A DNA stretch of 64,000 bases from contig JAQVSG010000002.1 of assembly GCA_028700655.1 (NCBI GenBank), positions 57,844 to 121,843 on the forward strand. The letters run 5' to 3'. The position numbers and the translations under genes are program-made. The notes beneath the pieces are model-generated. The model was given only the letters and a program-made list of their open reading frames with translations, searched no databases and had not been told where the DNA came from. This stretch comes from Caldisericia bacterium (GTDB taxonomy: Bacteria; Caldisericota; Caldisericia; UBA6126). Shown here one piece after another: positions 59,888 through 64,000 of the stretch (positions are counted from its first letter, which is position 1; each line of letters opens with the position of its first letter).

Positions 59888-59931
59888 TTTTTTTTCATAG
59901 TGCTTTCGTTTTTCACCATTATAAGTAAAAT

Positions 59932-60408
59932 TTGAATATGTATATATATTTTAGCTATGGCATAGAAATGATCTCTCATTTTATGCGTAGTATTTGTCCA
60001 AGTGCTATATTTAACGGTGTCGGTGTGTGCCATCATTATCGTTTTCAAATTAATGAAAAGGGCTTAGCTGACATGCAGCCTTCTAACTATTCAAGCATAT
60101 ATGGGTTTGTTTGGAAACTGAATCAAAGTGATCACAACCACCTTTTGAAATGGGCTGATGGTTATTTTCCCAAATTAGTAAAGGAACCCTGTTTTCCTGA
60201 AATTCTTGTATCTGCTCAAAATGAAAATGTTTCCTTTTCCAAAAATCCCCAACATACCTCTTGCAAGGCATTTTTCTTTAGATCCCTGTCAACCCAATAT
60301 GGACAAGCTTCTTTACAGTATATAAATACTCTCATTAACCAACTGCAAAACGTGGGAGTATCACAAGATTATATTTCGGAATTACGTCTTTGGATATCAA
60401 TACAATAA
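59932..60408 (+). CDS. gamma-glutamyl cyclotransferase-like (AIG2/GGCT family) protein
   Basis: 158 aa. N-terminal YFSYGIEM (family motif YFAYGSNM). Confidence 0.55.
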   Translation: MNMYIYFSYGIEMISHFMRSICPSAIFNGVGVCHHYRFQINEKGLADMQPSNYSSIYGFVWKLNQSDHNHLLKWADGYFPKLVKEPCFPEILVSAQNENVSFSKNPQHTSCKAFFFRSLSTQYGQASLQYINTLINQLQNVGVSQDYISELRLWISIQ

Positions 60409-60418
60409 AGGAGTAAAC

Positions 60419-61252
60419 ATGAAACCTGCAGTACAAAAATGGATGAATTTTTTTGCACTTTTGTTAACATTTATTTTCAATTGGCTAGCGTCAAGTGGGC
60501 TTATTAACGGGGTTGATATGACACAAGCGGCCGCTCGTTATGAAGTTTGGATTACACCCTCGGGTTTTACATTTGGAATATGGGGCATTATCTATCTATT
60601 CTTACTTCTATTTGCCATTTTCCAGTTGCAGACTCCTGTCAGCAAATCCAACCACATTAAATTGATTGGGAATTTATTTCTTTACACCTGTTTATTCAAT
60701 ATATTATGGCTGGTAACGTATCAATTTGACTGGATTTGGGTATCTGTTATTGTTATGATCGCGCTTCTAACCTCTCTTCTTCGTTTGTATGCAAACATTC
60801 GTAAAGATCGTAAATTTACGGTCGCGGAAAAATGGTTCATTAAAGTCCCTTTTAGTTTATATACTGCATGGATTACACTCGCTACTATTTTAAATATTGC
60901 GTCGTTTTTATCCAAAATGCAAATCAAATTTAACTGGTCTTTTCTAGGTGTTTTCTCCCCGGCAATTTGGACAATTATTCTTTTAATGGTTGCTTTAGTA
61001 TTGGCGATTAAATACTTATGGAAACGATATGATCCTGTCGCTGTACTTGTATTTATCTGGGCTTTAGTTGGGGTAGCACATCGACACTATACATGGCCAA
61101 ATGCCTGGTTCACACAAGGACAAATTACAATATTGGGGACCCATCATTTTCTACTCGTTATTTTTTCCCTTTCAGGTATTGCCATTCTTCTTGCATCCCT
61201 TACAAGATATTATCTTCTTATGAAAGAAAAGAAAAAAGAAGAGATCTATTAA
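60419..61252 (+). CDS. TspO/MBR-related tryptophan-rich polytopic membrane protein
   Basis: 277 aa. The first helices match the TspO pattern (…NWLASSGLINGVDMTQAAARYEVWITPSGFTFGIWGIIYLFLL…). It is longer than canonical 160-aa TspO proteins. Confidence 0.5.
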   Translation: MKPAVQKWMNFFALLLTFIFNWLASSGLINGVDMTQAAARYEVWITPSGFTFGIWGIIYLFLLLFAIFQLQTPVSKSNHIKLIGNLFLYTCLFNILWLVTYQFDWIWVSVIVMIALLTSLLRLYANIRKDRKFTVAEKWFIKVPFSLYTAWITLATILNIASFLSKMQIKFNWSFLGVFSPAIWTIILLMVALVLAIKYLWKRYDPVAVLVFIWALVGVAHRHYTWPNAWFTQGQITILGTHHFLLVIFSLSGIAILLASLTRYYLLMKEKKKEEIY

Positions 61253-61289
61253 ATCGCCTGTCCAAAACAGTAGCGAGATAAAAGTGCAT

Positions 61290-61322
61290 AAAAAAAGCCC
61301 GGGATAAACCCGGGCTTTTTTT
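61290..61322. terminator. bidirectional Rho-independent terminator between the TspO-like gene (+) and PFOR (-)
   Basis: GCCCGGG-ATAAA-CCCGGGC hairpin, with an A6 run upstream and a T-run downstream. Confidence 0.75.
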
Positions 61323-61333
61323 ATTTGTGGGAG

Positions 61334-64000
61334 CTATATAGCTCCATCTTCAGCCATTTTTCGATAGGCCTCATAACGTTCTTTAGCATCTTCTTCTGCT
61401 TTTTTGAATAACGCAGGAGCAACATCTGGGAAGGATTGCTCCAAGGAAGTATACCGTACTTCACTTCGTATAAAATCTTGGAAGGATGTAGTAGGTTCTT
61501 TAGAATCTAAAACAAAAGGATTCTTTCCTTCGTCTTTTAGCATTGGATTGTATCGGTAAAGATGCCAATATCCAGACTCAACAGCTCTTTTTTCTTGTTC
61601 TTGGGTTTTGCCCATTCCTAATTTTAAACCATGATTGATGCAGGGCGAATAAGCTATTATTAAAGAAGGTCCAGGATATGCTTCTGCTTCCGTAAAAGCT
61701 TTAATCAATTGGTTTTTATTAGCACCCATAGCTACTTGGGCAACATAAACATACCCATACGTCATCAGCATTCTACCTAAGTCTTTTTTCTTCGTTCGTT
61801 TGCCAGCTGCCGCAAACTTAGCAACAGCGGCTCCTGGAGTAGACTTTGACGATTGGCCACCAGTGTTGGAGTAGACTTCTGTATCAAATACTAAAACATT
61901 AATGTCACGTCCAGAAGCCAAAACATGATCAAGACCACCATAGCCTATATCATAAGCCCAACCGTCGCCACCCCAAGACCACACAGATCTCTTGATGAGA
62001 AAATCTTTACGTTGTTGGATTTCATTCACAATCTCTTGGATTCTTCCTGAATAAGGTTTTACAAAGAGAGACATAATTTTGGTGGTGGCTTTTTTGGATC
62101 CAGTTGCCTCATTTTTATTTTGAATCCATTCTTGAAGGATCGCTTGATCTTCTTTGTCAACACCCAACTGAATGGCTTCTTCCATTAAAGATTGAAGACG
62201 ATTGCGTATTTGATCAATCGCTAAAAGCATTCCAAAACCATATTCGGCATTGTCTTCAAACAATGAATTTGCCCAAGCAGGACCTTTCCCTAGAGCGTTT
62301 TTGCAAAAGGGAATCGAAGGTGCACTAGCGCCCCAAATAGAAGAGCATCCTGTTGCATTGGCAATCAACATACGGTCTCCAAACAACTGGGTTGCTAACT
62401 TTGCATAGGGAGTTTCGCCACACCCTGCACAAGCCCCTGAAAATTCAAACAAAGGTGTAATGAATTGGGATCCTTTAATCGTATTAATATTGTCTATATC
62501 CTCCGTCTTTTCGGATACATTGGACACAGCCCAATCAAAATTTTTCTGCTCTTGTATTTGTGTATCAAGGGGCTTCATGGTCAAGGCTTTTATTTTAGAA
62601 GGACAGACGTCGGCACAATTACCACAACCTGTACAATCCAAAGGATCCACTTGGATACCAAAATTGTAAGACTCAAGTCCTTTCCCTTTTGCAGGAATAG
62701 TACGGAATTCTTGAGGAGCTTTTTGCTTTTCATTAAGACTTAACAAAAAGGGTCTTATAGCGGCATGAGGGCATACAAATGCACATTGATTGCATTGGAT
62801 ACAGTTATCTGGATCCCACCAAGGTACATTGATAGCAATTCCTCTTTTTTCGTAGGCACTAGTTCCACAAGGAAACTCACCGTTTTCTCGGTCGATAAAA
62901 GTACTGACAGGAAGATTGTCTCCTTTTTGATGATTCATGGGTCGCAATATTTCTCGAATAAAGGAGGGTTCATTCTTGTCTAGGATGGTCTCTTTGGGGG
63001 AAAGATTTTTCCAAGAAGAGGGTACAGAAATCTTTTCCAAGTCTTCAATCCCTTTATCTACTGCTTTGTTGTTCATGTTTACAATCGATTCACCTTTAGA
63101 ACCATACGATTTTTGAATGGCATCTTTTAACAATGCAATAGCTTGATCCAATGGCAATACTTTGGAAAGCTTGAAAAATGCGGCTTGCATAATCATATTA
63201 ATTCGATTACCCAATCCAATATCTTCGGCAATTTTTGTAGCATCAATGGTATAAAACTCGATGTCATTGTTCGCAATGTATAATTTAACATCATTGGGCA
63301 ACTGCTCTTCTAGTTCTTTTTGATCCCATTTACAATTGAGAACAAAGGTTCCTTTTGGTTTTAACCCTTCTAAAACATCATACTGATGTATGTAGGATTG
63401 GTTGTGACATGCAATATAGTCAGCTTCATCAATTAAATATGTAGACTTAATGGGTTTTTTTCCAAATCGGAGATGAGAAACAGTAACCCCACCGGATTTT
63501 TTTGAATCATACGCAAAATAGCCTTGAGCATAAAGGTCTGTATTGTCACCAATGATTTTGATTGCATTTTTATTGGCTCCTACTGTACCATCAGACCCTA
63601 AACCCCAAAATTTACATCGAATCGTTTCTTTTGGAGCAGTTACAATTCGTTCTTTTCGTGGCAAGGACGTAAAAGTGACATCGTCTTCAATTCCAATAGT
63701 AAATTGATCTCTTGGAGTATCCAACAAAAGATTGTCAAAAACAGCTTTGATTTGGGATGGTGTCGTATCTTTCGAACCCAATCCATAACGTCCACCAACA
63801 ATGATAGGGGCTGTTTCTTTTTGATAGAATACGTTTCGTATATCTAGATAAAGCGGTTCACCAACGGATCCTGGTTCTTTTGTTCGATCCAAAACAGCAA
63901 TTTTTTTAACAGTGGGCGGAAGAGCTTTCAGAAAATGTTGGACACTGAAAGGTCTATAAAGACGTACTTTTAAAACACCGACTTTTTCGTCCCTTTGGTT
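61334..64000 (-). CDS. nifJ: pyruvate:ferredoxin (flavodoxin) oxidoreductase, C-terminal ~890 codons (N-terminus lies beyond the window end)
   Basis: The reading frame is open to the window edge. Two CxxCxxCxxxCP ferredoxin motifs (CIQCNQCAFVCP, CTGCGNCADVCP). TPP-binding GGDGWAYDIG. Collinear with single-chain PFOR domains II-VI. Confidence 0.9.
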   Translation of the reverse strand, partial: NQRDEKVGVLKVRLYRPFSVQHFLKALPPTVKKIAVLDRTKEPGSVGEPLYLDIRNVFYQKETAPIIVGGRYGLGSKDTTPSQIKAVFDNLLLDTPRDQFTIGIEDDVTFTSLPRKERIVTAPKETIRCKFWGLGSDGTVGANKNAIKIIGDNTDLYAQGYFAYDSKKSGGVTVSHLRFGKKPIKSTYLIDEADYIACHNQSYIHQYDVLEGLKPKGTFVLNCKWDQKELEEQLPNDVKLYIANNDIEFYTIDATKIAEDIGLGNRINMIMQAAFFKLSKVLPLDQAIALLKDAIQKSYGSKGESIVNMNNKAVDKGIEDLEKISVPSSWKNLSPKETILDKNEPSFIREILRPMNHQKGDNLPVSTFIDRENGEFPCGTSAYEKRGIAINVPWWDPDNCIQCNQCAFVCPHAAIRPFLLSLNEKQKAPQEFRTIPAKGKGLESYNFGIQVDPLDCTGCGNCADVCPSKIKALTMKPLDTQIQEQKNFDWAVSNVSEKTEDIDNINTIKGSQFITPLFEFSGACAGCGETPYAKLATQLFGDRMLIANATGCSSIWGASAPSIPFCKNALGKGPAWANSLFEDNAEYGFGMLLAIDQIRNRLQSLMEEAIQLGVDKEDQAILQEWIQNKNEATGSKKATTKIMSLFVKPYSGRIQEIVNEIQQRKDFLIKRSVWSWGGDGWAYDIGYGGLDHVLASGRDINVLVFDTEVYSNTGGQSSKSTPGAAVAKFAAAGKRTKKKDLGRMLMTYGYVYVAQVAMGANKNQLIKAFTEAEAYPGPSLIIAYSPCINHGLKLGMGKTQEQEKRAVESGYWHLYRYNPMLKDEGKNPFVLDSKEPTTSFQDFIRSEVRYTSLEQSFPDVAPALFKKAEEDAKERYEAYRKMAEDGAI

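Noticed and set aside
1-64000. Scan for CRISPR arrays, tRNA/rRNA genes, IS elements or transposases, integrases, and toxin-antitoxin pairs.
   Set aside because: No spaced direct repeats. No intergenic region exceeds ~270 nt. No tRNA-like cloverleaf sequences in the gaps. No transposase, integrase or recombinase motifs in any ORF.

Overview
This is an AT-rich window (roughly 35-40% GC by eye) that is densely coding, with about 60 genes and intergenic gaps that almost never exceed 270 nt. The gene content points to a strictly anaerobic, ferredoxin-based metabolism. I cannot assign a taxon from sequence alone.

Most of the window is core housekeeping, organised in long co-directional operons:
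- On the + strand: trxB-valS-folC. Then a complete rnfCDGEAB operon, translationally coupled to a large uncharacterised membrane protein, followed by apbE and a small membrane protein. Then mreB-mreC-mreD-PBP2-minC-minD-minE, coupled to an SbcD/SbcC-like pair. Then a four-subunit 2-oxoacid:ferredoxin oxidoreductase (korDABG).
- An accessory patch on the - strand: a stand-alone DEDDh 3'-5' exonuclease, a COG1672-type AAA+ ATPase with a DUF234 tail, and an oxidative-stress operon (Nudix, desulfoferrodoxin, ferritin, PQQ beta-propeller lipoprotein).
- A 1097-aa S8 subtilase carrying a PA domain and a C-terminal dockerin, then a pseudouridine synthase.
- A nine-gene V/A-type ATPase operon (G-I-K-E-C-F-A-B-D) lying directly downstream of ackA-gatCAB and an Orn/Lys/Arg-family decarboxylase.
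- bcp plus a degenerate bcp paralogue, grpE-dnaK-dnaJ, three poorly characterised genes, and the C-terminal ~890 codons of pyruvate:ferredoxin oxidoreductase running off the window end.

I found no rRNA, tRNA, CRISPR, IS elements or obvious prophage.

The observations most worth a second look are:
1. The SbcD/SbcC-like pair, whose start overlaps the minE stop, has substitutions at every nuclease metal ligand and at the Walker-B catalytic glutamate. It is a predicted pseudo-nuclease / hydrolysis-dead SMC-like complex embedded in the cell-shape and division operon.
2. A 963-aa type-I membrane protein is inserted, with 8-nt overlaps on both sides, between rnfB and apbE.
3. The exonuclease and COG1672 ATPase pair is a candidate defence or accessory insertion.
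4. A tandem bcp paralogue has lost its peroxidatic cysteine.
5. A dockerin-bearing subtilase.
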